A stretch of 124,000 bases of DNA from Octopus vulgaris (GCA_951406725.2 OX597823.1:38212001-38336000); one strand, 5' to 3'. Positions 56,556 through 71,901 are shown, counted from the first letter of the stretch. Notes: generated from the letters alone by a model not told the origin. Numbers and translations: made by a program.

Positions 56556-57520
56556 ATGTTTGGATTTTGCTTTGTGGTTTGTACAAATTGAGTTCAAGTC
56601 TCACCCAGAGACCTTAAGAGACAGTATATTATAAGTTCAAGTGGGCATAATGATTAGGTTGTTGATAGCTGTCATGTTTTGGGGAAGAATGTTGTTTGGT
56701 GAGAGGGATGTGTTTTAATTGTGTACGTTGGGTTCATAAGAATTATTGCTTTCAAAAAATGTTTTTGATGACAAGTGAAAAAGGTTGTTTTGTTGTTTTG
56801 GAATTATATAGACAGTATTTTTTTTGTTTTTTTGTAGGATATGAGCAATTCCTGTGAGTTCTTTCTTTTTAATTTCTTTCATTTTTGGATTCCCTAGGAT
56901 TTGAAACAGGTAACATACTCAACCCCTTTTGTGAATATTCCTAAGGCACTTACAACCTTGGGTATTGTTCTAATCTTGAGTTTCCACATTTTATCAAATT
57001 CTATTTTAAGATCTTTGTACTTGCTCAATTTTTGGTTAGTTTTGACAGATACATTTATATCAGCTGGGACAGTCATATCGATGAGGAGGCATGATTTTCA
57101 TCTGAAATCTTTGAGCATAATGTCTAGCCTATTTGTATCTATTTTTCTGTCAGTTTGAACAAAAAAAAAAATTCCATTGGAGTAAGGTATGATCTTTTTT
57201 CAAGCACTGGAAGTGGTTTGCGCTTCCACCAGTTTCTATAATGGAACAAATCTAGATTCTTGTATATTACCCAGTTAATATACTGTGCAGCTCTGTCATG
57301 CTCGTTGAGATACTCTAAGGATCCAAGAGGGCTAGAAATAGAAACAATGTGATCAATGGTTCCTGACTGTTTTTTACACTCTTAACATGAGCTGCTGCTG
57401 TTCTGTAAGATGTTGGTCTGACAGAATTTTCATTTCTTTCTTTAATTGTTATTGATCAGTATGAACGGGCTATCCCTAAGACCATTGTAAACACTCCAAG
57501 ACCAGTGAGATCAATGAAGT
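56556..57520 (-). mobile_element. R4/Dong-like 3' fragment
   Basis: MTVPADINVSVKTNQKLSKYKDLKIEFDKMWKLKIRTIPKVVSALG, ending at (TAA)n. Confidence 0.75.
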
Positions 57521-57657
57521 TAATGTTCTCAGCTGTTACACTCATTTAAAACATTTCTCCATATTTAATTAATTCCCAAAGTAAGAAGCACGAATGTTAT
57601 AATCCATCATTTCTGCCTAAACCTATGTAAAAAGATCACCATGATTGGGTATGAGGT

Positions 57658-57705
<48 letters not shown>

Positions 57706-59479
57706 CAGTAGTAGTAGTAATTCTTTGGCAAAACAAGATCATGGCCCACTTTCAGTAGCCTAGTTTTATCTTGGGGGTTAGGAAAAACTATTAATATTCG
57801 AATTTCTCCTTTTCTATGTCTGTAATTAATATAAAAGTAAAACAAAAAAACCATCCTCATTATTGTTAGTCATGCTTTATATCACCCACCTTCACAGAAT
57901 ATAATGATGTATTTTCCAAACATTACATAACATTAGGGAGTTATTTTGACAACTGCAGTTAGCTTAAAAAAAGAAAAGAAAAGCTTCATATAATGGTATA
58001 TATATTTAATACACAAAAACGTAGCAGGCAGGTTACCAACTTGTTGCCAAGGTGTAGGAAGAAAGAGCAGTAACTGTGTTAGTTGCTCAGCCTAAGAGTA
58101 CACAAATGATAAAGTATGATCTAATATGTCCCTAAATACATTTCACTACCATCTGTTTTATTATTGTTCATGTTTATTCTGAAAGTGCCTAATTCTGTTT
58201 CCCCTCTTTAAAGTATTTTCAGGGCATATTTATTACACACTATATAGTTTAGCTACCAGAGGCTAAGGTTACTTTAAGCTTTCTTCTTGTGCTAGAAACT
58301 CTGTATTCTTTCTTCTTCTAAACTGTTTCTGATAGCTATTATAATAGATATGTAGAGTAAGTATTAAAAGGATTTCCTGACGCAGTTGATTGTATGAAAA
58401 ATCTACCCTAGCACTTATGTTATGTCTATCAAAATTATGATATTTAATACAGGAAAAGTCAACTGACTCGGTTGTTATTCAGTAACAGCTAGGTATGGAT
58501 CAGAGGTGAGGAGCCTTTCTAATGCCTGGGGCAAACTGAAAGTGCTGAAGTACCCATAGGGTTGTTTGTACCTGTTTTGAGAAAATAATGAATCTAATTT
58601 TATAAATTCATAGGTATGGCATTGGTAGTCAATTACTTGCTCCTAAGGTTTAAGCTGTTCCTTGTAGATTTTTAGAGATATTGTTTGTATTTGTATATCA
58701 TTTTAAATTTAAATACAGGCAAAATTTCACTGGCAGTTAATGGTGGTGGTGGGGAACCTCTTGTCCAAATGATTAGTTATTGCTGATATTTTCCTGAATT
58801 ACACTGTGTATCACGATTTTTATCCTTGGGTAGCAACTGTTCCCTAGAAAGCATAAGAATGGCTAATATTTCCTTCAAACTTTGCTTTTGTTACATTTAT
58901 TCAAGCCTTAAAGAGTCCCTCTCAATACATGGCTATGAAGTTCCCCACAACTCTTGCTCATCGTCAGAGATGTACATATTATCAGCCTCTAAGGGACATG
59001 TTCAAATGGTTAAAGTTAAGCAACTCTGTGGTATAGAGCAGAATATTTGCTATAACTACACTTCTGTTTCAGCAACTCAACACTGAATCTGTCTGAAATG
59101 TAATGGAGACTAGGTCAGTTTCAAAACATTTACGTCCAGATCACAAAAGCAAAGTTTGAAGGGAATAGTAATCATTTCCTTTGATTTCTAGATAGAAGAA
59201 ATAGGAAATAGCACTTACTGACCAAAGACAAAAGATAAATAAATAAATAAATAAATAAATGTTTTGTTACACAGTGTTATTGAAGTATAAATTTTTCTTT
59301 TTACTTCACCCTCTCCCATGTTCTCAAGTGCACAAATTTAAATCCATGCAAAGTAAAAAATAAATAAAAAACGCAAATTTAAAAATATATGAGATTACAA
59401 GCAAAAGAAAATCTTTATTGGCTACAGAAGAGATTTAAATGAAATTCTTGAAACTGTTAGAGTGAGTTAGATACGTTTT

Positions 59480-60000
59480 AGCCATTATTTGGTCTAGGCC
59501 ATGTGTAAATTAATAGAACCACTTGGGATAATCTTTTAAATTATGTTTTAGGAAACCACAGTCCTTTCAAGTGAAGTGATGTTATTTACTGAGATGTATC
59601 CAGGCATTGGTGGTTTATCTGGTATTTCTTAGAGGATTTTGTCGAGTTACCATTTAAATGTTATGGAGTTTCTTTCTCCTTTGATTTCTTTCGGAATAAT
59701 ATTGAATAAGCAGGACCAGTCAAAGTCAAAAAGTTGTATCACAATGTTGTTATGTAATGTAAACTCAATTTTGCTGAGGGTGTGTGGCTCTGGGGTTAAG
59801 TCTTGGGTAATTTGTGAGGTGGATACCAGCACTGTTTATATATTACTGATGAATATTTTCCACACTGAAAACATTATGTAGCAACTTTAGTTGCATTGCA
59901 GAGAATAAAATTTGAGCTTTCTGAAGTGATTCCAATAGGCAAAGCCTGTCATGCAATTTACTATTTTTCTTTTTCTTTTCCTTTGTGATTAGTCTCTGGG
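59480..60000 (-). mobile_element. CR1/L2-like LINE 3' fragment (family of 8915-10015; another at about 111030-111240 +)
   Basis: Similar to the 8940-9130 terminus (LDKILLEIPDKPPMP). Confidence 0.55.
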
Positions 60001-61297
60001 GGTGTTTCAATTCTTAGCATTCCAAGAAGAGTATCTGTGGAATAATTTCATTCTAGCATTGTTCTTATAAAAACAGAAAAGAGAGAGACAGAGATTGCCC
60101 TAGGAAAAGTTAATTTATTAGAAATGCTTACATTTTTCCAGTGAAATGTGCCATCTAAATGAAGCATATCACAGCTGAAGACTATTTACTTCTCCGTTTA
60201 TACAAATTATCAGTTTGGATGATAACAGTTCCACATAAAAATAAAAAAGAAGCCATTATTGTGCATGCTGTTAAATTTACAAGATTGAGAGTCAAGGTTG
60301 ATATGAATTAAAATGGATTGACTAACATGAATATTTTTGTTACATGGCTTTTAATTAGACAATCAGTAAATGTGCAGCTTCACTGATTGCTAACAAGACA
60401 ACTGACAAAGTAATCACTATAAAGTATATTATATTATTTAAATCATAGATTTTATTTTCTGTGGTTTAAAAAAAATAAAATGCTAAAATTATATGAAAAA
60501 ATTAGAATATAATACTTGTTAGAATCACAAGCAAATATTATCTTCAATTAATTGCTTTTTTTCAAAAAATTAAGTCTTCTTTTATCATGATAATATCTGT
60601 CTGTCTCTCTGTGTATATCTAAATATTTATCTTCCTAGTATGCTAGCATTTTTATGTGTGTTGCTAGACATACACTTACATATTACTTTCTGCTTGTCTC
60701 TCAATTTATCTCTATCTATATTTCTCCCTTTCACACACACACTCTCACACACTTACACTCACACACACAATCTCACCTTCATAGTTTTAACAATCACTTT
60801 TCCATGCTTGCATGGATCAGACAGAGTTTAATGAGGCAGGTTTTCTATGGAGGGATGCTCTTCCTGTCACCAACCTTCATCTGTTACCCAATAAGGTAAT
60901 ATTTCCCCAGGGCCAGACAAGTTTTTGCAGAATTATTAGAATGTCAGAAGAATTGCTTTGTGCTTCAGCTCTTTCCTTTCTGATTTCAATTCTCACAGGT
61001 GCTGTCTTTGCCTTTCATTCCTCTGAGGGCAATAAATAATGTACAGGGGCTGAAAGTAGACTACCCACTCGTTTAAAAAGTTCATATCTTGTGCCTCAAT
61101 GTAAAATCATTATTATGCTGGCAGAATTGTCAGCACACCAGGCAAAATGTTTTGTGGCATTTCATCTGTTTTTACATTTCACCGAGGTGAACTTTGCCTT
61201 TCATCCTTTTGGGGGTTGATAAAATTAGTACCAATTGTTTACTGGGGAGTTTATCCACTCCCCATAAATTTCAGGCTTTGTGCCTATCATAGAAAGG

Positions 61298-61345
<48 letters not shown>

Positions 61346-61667
61346 TACTTTTAATCTGCATGTTTGTTACAATCACTCACCGAGACAGAGGTGAATAATT
61401 CAAGCCCCAAAGAATTTCTCTCAACACATGGCTATGATGCTGCCCCACTACTTCTGCTTGTGATCAAAGATGTAAATTTTATCAGCCACCGAGGGACATG
61501 TTCAACTGGTTAAGGTCAAACAACTGACAAGCAAATCTGTGGTTCTGAGCTGAATATTTACTGTAGCCCATCTTTTATATCAAGACAAAACAATGTACAT
61601 GATAACATTTCCAATCAGTTAAGATCAGAAGCCATGATAGCCACTGCCTGGTACTGCATCAGGGTAT

Positions 61668-61771
<104 letters not shown>

Positions 61772-62449
61772 ATTGTTGTTGTTGTTATCTTATCTTTCCA
61801 CTCAGTGTAGGTGTTAATTGAACACAAGTATCAGTAATGGTAAAAGCAATCAAGAACAGTTTAGCTCCTGAATAGGGAATCATCCATCCTCCATGCTAGC
61901 TTGGGTTGGATGACATGGCAAAATCTGATCAGTCAGAGGACCTTGTTACACTTCACAGTTTGTGTTAGTATGGTTTCTGTGACTTGATGCCTTTCCTAAT
62001 GCCAAACTGATTTACAAAATGCATTGGGTACTTTTCTCACGGCATCATAATTAGTGAAGTTATTTGACTAAAGGGCCTGATGGGGCTTCTGCAAGAAAAG
62101 AACAGTAGCAGAGAGAGTGAGAAAGAGAGAGAGAGAGATGATTTTAGACAAGGTAATGAGCGAGTGTGAAGTATTATGAGAGGAATAGTTTTATAGTTGT
62201 GAGAAGGCGGTAGTAGGGAGATTAATAGAGTAGACACTGTTAGGGGGGGATTATGAGTGGGACTCAGGAAAAGGAAGGGATTGGTGTTGGCAGTTAGTGA
62301 GAAAGGGAGGGACAGAATGATAAAGGTTGTGTAGAGGATATTCCTAGTTATTCCACATTACAAGGGGTAAGATGTGAGTGAAAGAGAACATGAAAGAGAG
62401 AAAATACCCGAGGATGATGAGAATCCAGAAAGGGTCATTGAAGAGGTGT

Positions 62450-63160
62450 GAGGGTCATGAGGGTAGATCAGAGAGATGAGAGGATGTTGAGATATTGGAG
62501 AAGCAGTGGAGTAAAGCAGTAAGAGAGAAAGAGACAGTCAGAGAAAAGAAATGGTAGATGGCAGTGGATGAGTGAGCATCACAGGTGATGAGATGTGATA
62601 TATGAATGATGGAGTGATGATTGAAGCAAGTGGGGGAGGGAAGGTGAGTACAGGTTGAGGAATGAAAATGGACAGATAAGAGATATGAAATGTAGAGTAA
62701 TGACTGGAGTGAGTGAGTAGATGGATGGAGGAGGGAAGGTAGGCAGAGGTTGAGTGATGAAGATGAACAGATGAGAGATATGAATGATAGAGTGAAATGA
62801 GTGAGGAGATGGATGGGGAGAGAAGATGAGCACAGGTTGAGCGATAAAGATGAACAGATAAGAAATATGAATGATAGAGTGATAACTGAAGTGTGTGAGG
62901 AGATATATGGGGAAGGGAAGATGGGCATAGGTCAAGTGATGAAGATGGACAGATGAGAGATATAAAAGGTAGAGTGATGACTGAAGTGAGTGAGGAGATG
63001 ATGGGAAAAAGAAGGTAGAGGTCAAGTGAGGAAGATGGACAGATAAAAGATATGAATGGTAGAGTGATGACTGAAGTGAGTGAGGTTATGGATGGGAGAG
63101 AGAAGATAGGCACAGGTCAAATGATAAAGATGGACAGATGAGAAATATGAATATATTTAG
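62450..63160. repeat. GA-rich degenerate minisatellite (about 60-120-bp units)
   Basis: Recurrent GAAGATGGACAGATGAGAGATATGAATGATAGAGTGATGACTGAAGTGAGTGAGG. Confidence 0.7.
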
Positions 63161-63590
63161 GAAATCTGAAAGTAAATTTAAAAGAAAAAAATATCGGACA
63201 CATGTTATTTACAGTATCAATTATTAACCCTGAATATGTCAATCATTCCTCTTCTCTTGTACAAGTTAAGAACCAGATTCTGAAGCCATTCATTTTCTGG
63301 TAAATGATTAGTTGTTCACTATATATATGTACCCCGACCACCTTCTCTTTCTCTTCCTTCTTTTCCTTCCCCACTTTTCCCTCTTCACCACCACCACAAC
63401 AACAAATATAAGTTCCCACCCCATTATTAAAATAATTGTCCTCTCCAAAATTCTCCTTGTCATGCCAGTGTGCATATGTATGTGTGTGTGTGTGTGTGTA
63501 TCTTGACCTATATATTTATGTATACATATGTGTATAAACATACAAACATATATAACATATATATATATATATATACATACATACATACAC

Positions 63591-63644
<54 letters not shown>

Positions 63645-64070
63645 GTGTGTATATATATACATACACACACGCAAATGTTTATGTATATATGTTTGCACAT
63701 ATACATCCGGATGCATGTATACAATACTTAGTATACTGGGAAGCAGACATAAAAAGATGATGTTGATGGGGATGCAGTACATGAAACTTCCTTCCCACAC
63801 ACACAAAAACACACACACATTCATATGCATGCTCACATACACATGTAATAAGATTGTGTATTCAGGTCAAGGAAATAAAGTCTAACAACAATTAATGACA
63901 AGAATTCATCGGTAAAAGTAATCACCCCCACCTTCCACTTTAAGAACGGAGAGTTACATATATAAAAACTGGTGATATCGTCTCATCAATGATTTTCTTC
64001 ACCCTCAAGATTACTTGACATGATAAAATGAAGTTAACCAGTAAATTTACTTTACTCTTAAATCTCTGGG

Positions 64071-64110
<40 letters not shown>

Positions 64111-64168
64111 AACAAATACAACAACTACTACTACTACTACTACTACTACTACAAATACAACAACTACA

Positions 64169-64199
<31 letters not shown>

Positions 64200-64285
64200 T
64201 TACTGCTGCTGCTACTACTACTACTACTACTACAAATACAACAACAACAACAACAACTACAACTACTACTACTACTACAAATACA

Positions 64286-64320
<35 letters not shown>

Positions 64321-64323
64321 AAA

Positions 64324-64392
<69 letters not shown>

Positions 64393-64408
64393 CACTACTA
64401 CTACTACA

Positions 64409-64458
<50 letters not shown>

Positions 64459-64462
64459 AAAT

Positions 64463-64530
<68 letters not shown>

Positions 64531-64568
64531 AAATACAACAAATACTACTACTACTACTACTACTACTA
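64071..64568 (+). repeat. Expanded (CTA/CAA)n microsatellite
   Basis: About 500 bp. It produces the poly-T/V/S ORFs in the track. Confidence 0.95.
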
Positions 64569-65821
64569 CATCCCATAAATAATGCTGTTTTTTTTATACT
64601 TCTTTTATTTTTCAAAATTAAGATAAAGTTATATTTAAATCTAAAATATACTCTCCTTCATTTTCTACAATGCTCTTCCATCTATCTGGTAGACTTGCAA
64701 GGCCCCCTCTTCTGAAATTCACTTGTCCATGATGAAAAGAACTTCTCCAGTACTGTTCTGACCTAATCTACAGAATTCATATTTTTGTCATACAAACGAT
64801 TTTAAAGACTGCAGAATAAATGATAATCAAATAGGGCAATGTCCGGCGAATATGGTTGGTGGGGTATAGTTTCTCATTCAAACTGCTCCAGCCTTTGGAA
64901 TGTCATCCTTACTGTACATGGCCAAGCATTATCCTGATAGAAGAATGTCTTTTGTCTTGAAACCAAAGATGGTTGTTTTTCTTCTAGTGCTGACTTAAGC
65001 TGCTCAAGCTTCTCACAATAGATTTCCTTTTTTGTAGTTTGGTTTGTGTTTAAAAGTTCAAAATGGACTAAACCTTTCACATCCCACCAAACAGAAAACA
65101 ACACCTTAGCCTGGGATGCCAGAGTTTCTCTTTTCCTACCCACTGTCTTCGGTGCTTGACATTTTTATAGAGAACCCATTTCTCATCACCAGTCACTAAT
65201 CAGTCCAAAAAAGGTTAATTTGTGAGATGTGACAGCAAAGAAGAGCACACATTCACTCTCTGCATGTGATTAGATTTGGAAAATTTGTAAGGAACTCACC
65301 CAATTTGCTGACTTTTCTGATGGCATGCAGGTATCGATGACTAGTTGAATGACCAAATCCAAGCTTCTTTGCTAGTTCCTCAACTATTATGAGGGGATTT
65401 TGTTCCACTAGGGTTTGCAGGATGAGCTTGTCAAGCTCTACAGGTCTTCCAGGGTAAGGCTTGTTTTCTAGGCTGTAGTCTCCAGCTCGGAATTTCTGGA
65501 ACCACCATTGACATTGGCTTTCACTTATTGTCCAATCCCCATATACCGCATTAATATTCCTCACACTTTCCATTGCATGGTTGCCTTTATTGAACTCATA
65601 AAGCAAAATATACCGAATATGCTCCTTTACCACTTCTATCGTATCTTTGAAAAAATAACTGTTAAAATCGAACTGCACTCTTCAAAACTTGCACTAAGAA
65701 TGAACACAAAGTAAAATTACTACTTACTTTTATAGGAAGTTGATGCAGGTAGTTTATCCCGTCCCTCTCCAACTTTTAGTTCATGCAATTGAAAAAAATG
65801 CATTATTTATGTGATGACTCA

Positions 65822-65822
<1 letters not shown>
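64569..65822 (-). mobile_element. mariner element, near full length, with truncated 3' TIR
   Basis: EHIRYILLYEFNKG...WFQKFRAGDYSLEN; KVLFSVWWDVKG; FYQDNAWPC. TIR TTGAGTCATCACATAAATAATG. Confidence 0.9.
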
Positions 65823-65863
<41 letters not shown>

Positions 65864-65896
65864 ATTTACATATGTATACATTTATATATGTATAGG

Positions 65897-66600
65897 CGCA
65901 GGAGTGGCTGTGTGGTAAGTAGCTTGTCTACCAACCACATGGTTCCGGGTTCAGTCCCACTGCGTGGCACCTTGGGCAAGTGTCTTCTACTATAGCCTTG
66001 GGCCGACCAAAGCCTTGTGAGTGGATTTGGTAGACGGAAACTGAAAGAAGCCCGTCGTATATATGTATGTATATATATGCGTGTGTGTGTTTGTCCCCTA
66101 GCATTGCTTGACAACCGATGCTGGTGTGTTTATGTCCCCGTTACTTAGCGGTTCGGCAAAAGAGACCGATAGAACAAGTACTGGACTTATTTAGCCCATT
66201 GATAAAACTAATACCCACACTTTCTCCCACATACCCACTCTTTCCCTCTCTTTTATTATTACCCCCACTCCCACTCCCACCATCAACACTACTACTTTAA
66301 ATAAAAGAAAGGGAGAGAAAGAAAGACAGAAATTTAGAGACAGTTGATGATGTTTTATTTAAAGTAGTAGTGTTGATGGTGGGAGTGGGAGTAATAATAA
66401 AAGAGAGAGAAAGAGTGGGTATGTGGGAGAAAGTGTGGGTATTAGTTTTATCAATGGGCTTAATAAGTCCAGTACTTATTCTATCGGTCTCTTTTGCCGA
66501 ACCGCTAAAGTATTTAATAAGTCCCGGGGTCGAGTTGCTCGATTAAAAACGGTGCTCCAGCAGTCAAATGACTGAAACAAGTAAAAGAGTAAAAGAGTAT
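65897..66600 (+). mobile_element. Young SINE family A copy with a templated fold-back insertion
   Basis: The SINE is interrupted at about 66190-66510 by an inverted repeat whose core copies 67620-67760. Confidence 0.8.
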
Positions 66601-67865
66601 GTATGCATGTATATATGTATGGATAAATCAACTGAAAATTTACAAATCTGACTCAAGGGCTAATATTTTTGTGCATGACAATGGGAGAGACTTTAGATGT
66701 TTGAACAGGATCTTTGACTAATAGGTACAGGATAGCTGTGGGCTTCTGTACAGTTTCCATCTACCAAAATTTGCTCACAAGCCTCAAGTTCTCTCAATAA
66801 CTCTCTCCTTCTCACAATAAAACTTGATATAAGAATTGTTTAAATTATGCAGAAGCTCCCTGCCTGGGTTTGATAACATTGTTTTTGATAAAATAATGGA
66901 ATCTGCACAAACATCTACTTTTGTTCTTTATCAAACATACGAATCATAACACTTTAACAACAAGAATATTTTCTTATAACTTGGCACAATGCCAGTTTTG
67001 TAAGGGAATGGATTTAGCAGGGTAAGCTAATATCAGTTAGTTAATCAGTCTTAATTATATGCAGATTAATTCTTTTGAGAGTTGGATGTGAAAATGTGTA
67101 GCACCAAACTAGATGCTGTGTATTATGCGGTCTTTTATTGCTCACTTTTGTAATATGTTTGTGTGCGTATGACTGTGTGTATATCTATGTATGGATACAT
67201 ATATAGACACACATGGATACACACATACATCTCTCTCCCTCACCATTTCTCTTTGTAAGTGTGTGTGTGTGTTTGGTTCCAAAGAAGATATCATTGTGAG
67301 GGTTGTTCTCCTTATATTTTCTGTCAATCATTCAACCAATAGATAAAACTGAACCATGAACACACCATGAACACACCTAAATGTACATCTGAAACAGCTG
67401 TAAGCTTATAATAAATTAATGTATATAACCCATTATTTCTGTCTATTATATATCTAATATAATGAATGTGAAAACTAATTTCTATGTGTCAGTGTTTCAC
67501 ACTTAGACCCCCTCTCTCACTATTCAATGACATTCCTACTATTACTCATGATGGGGTGAGAGTAATAGTAGGTATAGAGACAGTGAGGGCAGTGGCGAAG
67601 ACACAGAGAGAGAGAGAGAGAAAGAAAGGAAAAGAAAGGGAGAGAAAGAAAGACAGAAATTTAGAGACAGTTGATGATGTTTTATTTAAAGTAGTAGTGT
67701 TGATGGTGGGAGTGGGAGTAATAATAAAAGAGAGAGAAAGAAAGAGTGGGTATGTGGGAGAAAGAGGGAGATGACGTACAACTTTGTTTAACCATGTCTC
67801 TTTGAAAGAAATCCTTGTTGCCAACATAATGATAACTATCATTTTTGTTTTATTTTTGCTTTCTT

Positions 67866-67906
<41 letters not shown>

Positions 67907-68556
67907 ATCATATAATATGATATGATATAATATCTTGTATAATATCTTGTATTGTCACTGGACTGTGGCCATACTGGGGCACCACCTTCAAGGGTTAGTT
68001 GAACAAGTTGACCCTTGTACTTATTTTTAAGTATGTACTTATTCTTGAGTCTTTTTTGCTGAACTGCTTAGGTACAGGGATGTAAACAAACCAGTACCAG
68101 TTGTTAAGTGGTTGAGATACAAACACAAAGGCAAACACATCATCTCCCACTCTTCTTCTATCTCCTACTCTTCTTTTGCAGTCTTGTGAACTCATCCACT
68201 CACTTATCCTATCTAATCCATGGTTCTTATTCACGTATACACCTCCCTGAAATGTGAGTGCATCCCCTCCACCACCATATATCCACCATTTTCTCTCTCT
68301 CCTCTCTCTCTCTCTCTCTCTTCCAACTGCAGCAGCCATATATCTCTTCTTCTGCAAGACACCTATATCTGTCCCTCTGTCCATACCAAACTCATTCACA
68401 AGACATTGGTTGGACCAGGTCTAGAGTGAAAACACTTGCTCAAGGTACCATGCAGTGGGACTGATCCCGAAATCACATGGTTACAAGGTGAGCTCCTTAG
68501 CCACGTAGACATGTATGCACCACACACACACACACATACACATGTGCGCGCACATG

Positions 68557-68587
<31 letters not shown>

Positions 68588-69645
68588 ATATACATATATA
68601 AATATGTAAAAGACTTGTTGCTTGCAATAAATCAAGTTATAGTAATTTCTTCAGTTTCTTTTTGTTGTTTTTTTTTTTCTCTATACTCCATTTGGCATTT
68701 TGTCAATAGTTATATTTCAAAACCACAGGCAAGCTGTTATTCATAGTCAGGCAACAGGTATTTCATGCAAAATATTCCACATGAATGTTTCGTTGCCAGC
68801 TCAATGTTTTACTACTTAGATAATGGAAACTATTGACCATTCTTGTTTTGTTTGTATTATGTTTATATATAATTGATTTGTGACACATTAACATTGCGTC
68901 CAATGCAGAAAATCAGCAGCTAAACTGTTGTTGTTTCAAATCCTTTGTTTTCTTGTTTGTTTTCTTATAGTTCTAGAATTACTAGTTGCTGTTTATCATT
69001 GTATCTTTGTTATCATCATTTCTATTTTCTCATGTCCTGACTTCCATAGGGGTGAATGTTATGGAAATCCCACCCTCTTAACGCCCTGATAATGATGTCT
69101 GTTCATGCTGTGTATCCTTCCAAAGAGATTCCAGTTCTAAGTATACAAAATTGCATTCTTTTATTCTTTAACTGGCTTCAGTAATTCAACTGTAGCCATG
69201 CTCAAGTACCACATTCAAGGGATTTATTGATGATATTGACCTCAGTACTTGTTTCAGTCTTATTTGATTGATCTCTGTTTATTAAATTGTTAAGTTGTAG
69301 GACAAAAGGGACATGATATTAGTAACATACATACATACATACATACATACATACATACATACATACATACATACATACACACACACATACATACATACAT
69401 ACATACATACATACATACATAATTATGTGTGGGTCTGTGTTTACTTGTACACATACACAAATATATGCACATATGTACATACATACATATATATATATCT
69501 ATACACACATATATGTACACACACACACACAAAAACTCTGACTGACAGACAGACACACACACATACACATTTCTATACAGAGGCAATTATGAGGATAAAC
69601 AAATGAAATAAACAACTTGGGTTTGATATACAAAATATATATATA

Positions 69646-70949
69646 CGAAGTGGTATCAAAAAGTTCCCAGACTAGTTCTGTATATATACATAACCTGTGG
69701 AAGAGGGAGATCCAGGAAGACATGGGATGAGGTGGTGAAGTATAATCTTCGAACGTTGGGCTTCACAGAGGTAATGACAAGAGACCAAAACCTCTGGAGA
69801 TATACTGTGATTGAAAAGACTCAGCAAGTAAGGCAAGATGAGAGCTGCAGCCTACACCAGCGTTGCATAACCAGCTCATTCAAAAAGTACCTTTGAATTT
69901 TTGGGTGACACGCTGTGCTTGAGGAGACCTATTGAGTCAAGTAAAATCAAAATCACAATCAGAATCTCAATCAAATCAAAATCGGAATGAAAATTGTAGT
70001 TGTGGCTGATGCCAGTACCACCTGACTGGCTTCTGTGCCTGTGGCACGTAAAAAGCACCCATTACTCTCTTGGAGTGGTTGGTGTTAGGAAGGGCATCCA
70101 GCTGTAGAAACCTTGCCAGATCAGATTGGAGCCTGCCCCCAGTCAAACTGTGCGACCCATGCCAGCATGGGAAACAGGTGTTAAACGATGATGATGGTGA
70201 TGATATAAGTATGTATTCATCACCTTATACATGAGGATTCTTGGAGTGATGACCCATCCTTCATGTTGAGGATCATCATCGGTGACAAGAGTTGGGTCTA
70301 TGGGTATGACCCTGAGATGAAGCAGCAGTCATCACAATGGAAAAGGCTTTCATCTCCATGACTGAAGAAGGCACTACAGAGCTGCAGCTCAATCAAGAGC
70401 ATGTTCATTGTTTTTTCGATACCCACAATATTGCACATCAAGAATTCATCCCCCAGGGCCAGGCCATCAATCAAGAGTTCTACTGCTATGTTTTGAAGCA
70501 TTAGAGGGAGGACATTCAACAAAAGTGACTGGATCTGTGGAACACAAAGAATTGGATTCTTCATGATGACAATACACCCTCTCACTGAGCTCTCCTCACT
70601 CATTAATTTCTTGCCAAAAATGTGAGCTTCTCACCAAAAACAACAAAATCACTTCAATGCCAGCCCTATTCACCAGATTTTGCACCTGTAGACTTCCATC
70701 TCTTACCCAAGATGAAAAGGTAGCTCAAAGGTCACCGTTTTAGCACCATTGCTGAGCAAATCACAGAAGGTCCTTGACCCACCTACGAAAAATGGCTTCC
70801 TATCTAGATTCCAAAAGTGCCAGTAATACTGGGACTGGCGTATTGCTGAGCAAGGTGACTATTTCAAAGGAGATGATGTTAAAACTCAGGTAAATAAGTT
70901 ATTTTTTATTAAACATAACTAACCTGGGAACTTTTTGATACCACCTATG
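69646..70949 (+). mobile_element. mariner element with both TIRs, interrupted by an RTE-tail insertion (about 69700-70200)
   Basis: TIR CGAAGTGGTATCAAAAAGTTCCCAG and its inverse. IIIGDKSWVYGYDPEMKQQSSQW, LHDDNTP, PYSPDFAPVDFHLLP. Confidence 0.8.
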
Positions 70950-71020
70950 TATACATGTAAACAGAAAGAAATCAAAGACCGAAGCTTTTCAGTTGATGAA
71001 TATTTAAGTATAGCTATATA

Positions 71021-71901
71021 TTGAGTCATCCCATAAATAATGTAGCTGTTTATCAATTGCATGAACTAAAAGTCAGAGGTGGGACAAGATAAACTACCTG
71101 CATCAACTCGCTATGAAGTGTCTATTCTTAGTGCATGTTTGGAAGAGTGCAGTTCGATTTTAACACTTATTTTTTCAAAGCAATAGTGGAAGTGACAAAG
71201 GAACATATTCAGCATATTTTGCTTTATGAATTCAATAAAGGCAACAATGTAATGGAAAATGCAAGGAATATTAATGCAGTATGTGAGGATTGGAAAATAA
71301 GTGTAAGCCAGTGTCAATGGTGGTTCCAGAAATTCTGAGCCAGAAAGTAGAAGATGAGCCATGTCCTGGAAGATCTGTAGAGCTCATCCTGCAAATCCTG
71401 GTGGAACAAGATTCCATTGTAACTGTTGAGTAACTAGCAGAAAAGCTTGGATTTGGTCATTCAACCAGTCATTTAAGTCAGCACTAGAAGAAAAACAACC
71501 ATCTTTGGTTTCAAGATGAAAGGTGTTCTTCCATCAGAATAATGCCTGGCCACATATAGTGAGGATGACTTTCCAAAGGCTGGAGCAGTTTGAATGGGAA
71601 ATGATGCCCTGCCCATCATATTCACTGGATATTACTACATCTGATTATCATTTATTCTTCAGTCTTCAAAATCATTTGGACGGAAAAAGTATGAACTCTG
71701 TACACAAGGTTAGAACAGTACTGGAGAAGTATTTTTTGTCACGGACAAGGGAATTTCGGAAGAGGGGCCTTGCAAGTCTACTAGATAGATGGAAGGGCAT
71801 TGTAGAAAATGAAGGAGTGTATATTTTGGATTAAAAAATAACTTTGTTTATCTTAATTTTGAAAAATAAAAGTATAAAAAAAACGGCATTATTTATGGGA
71901 T

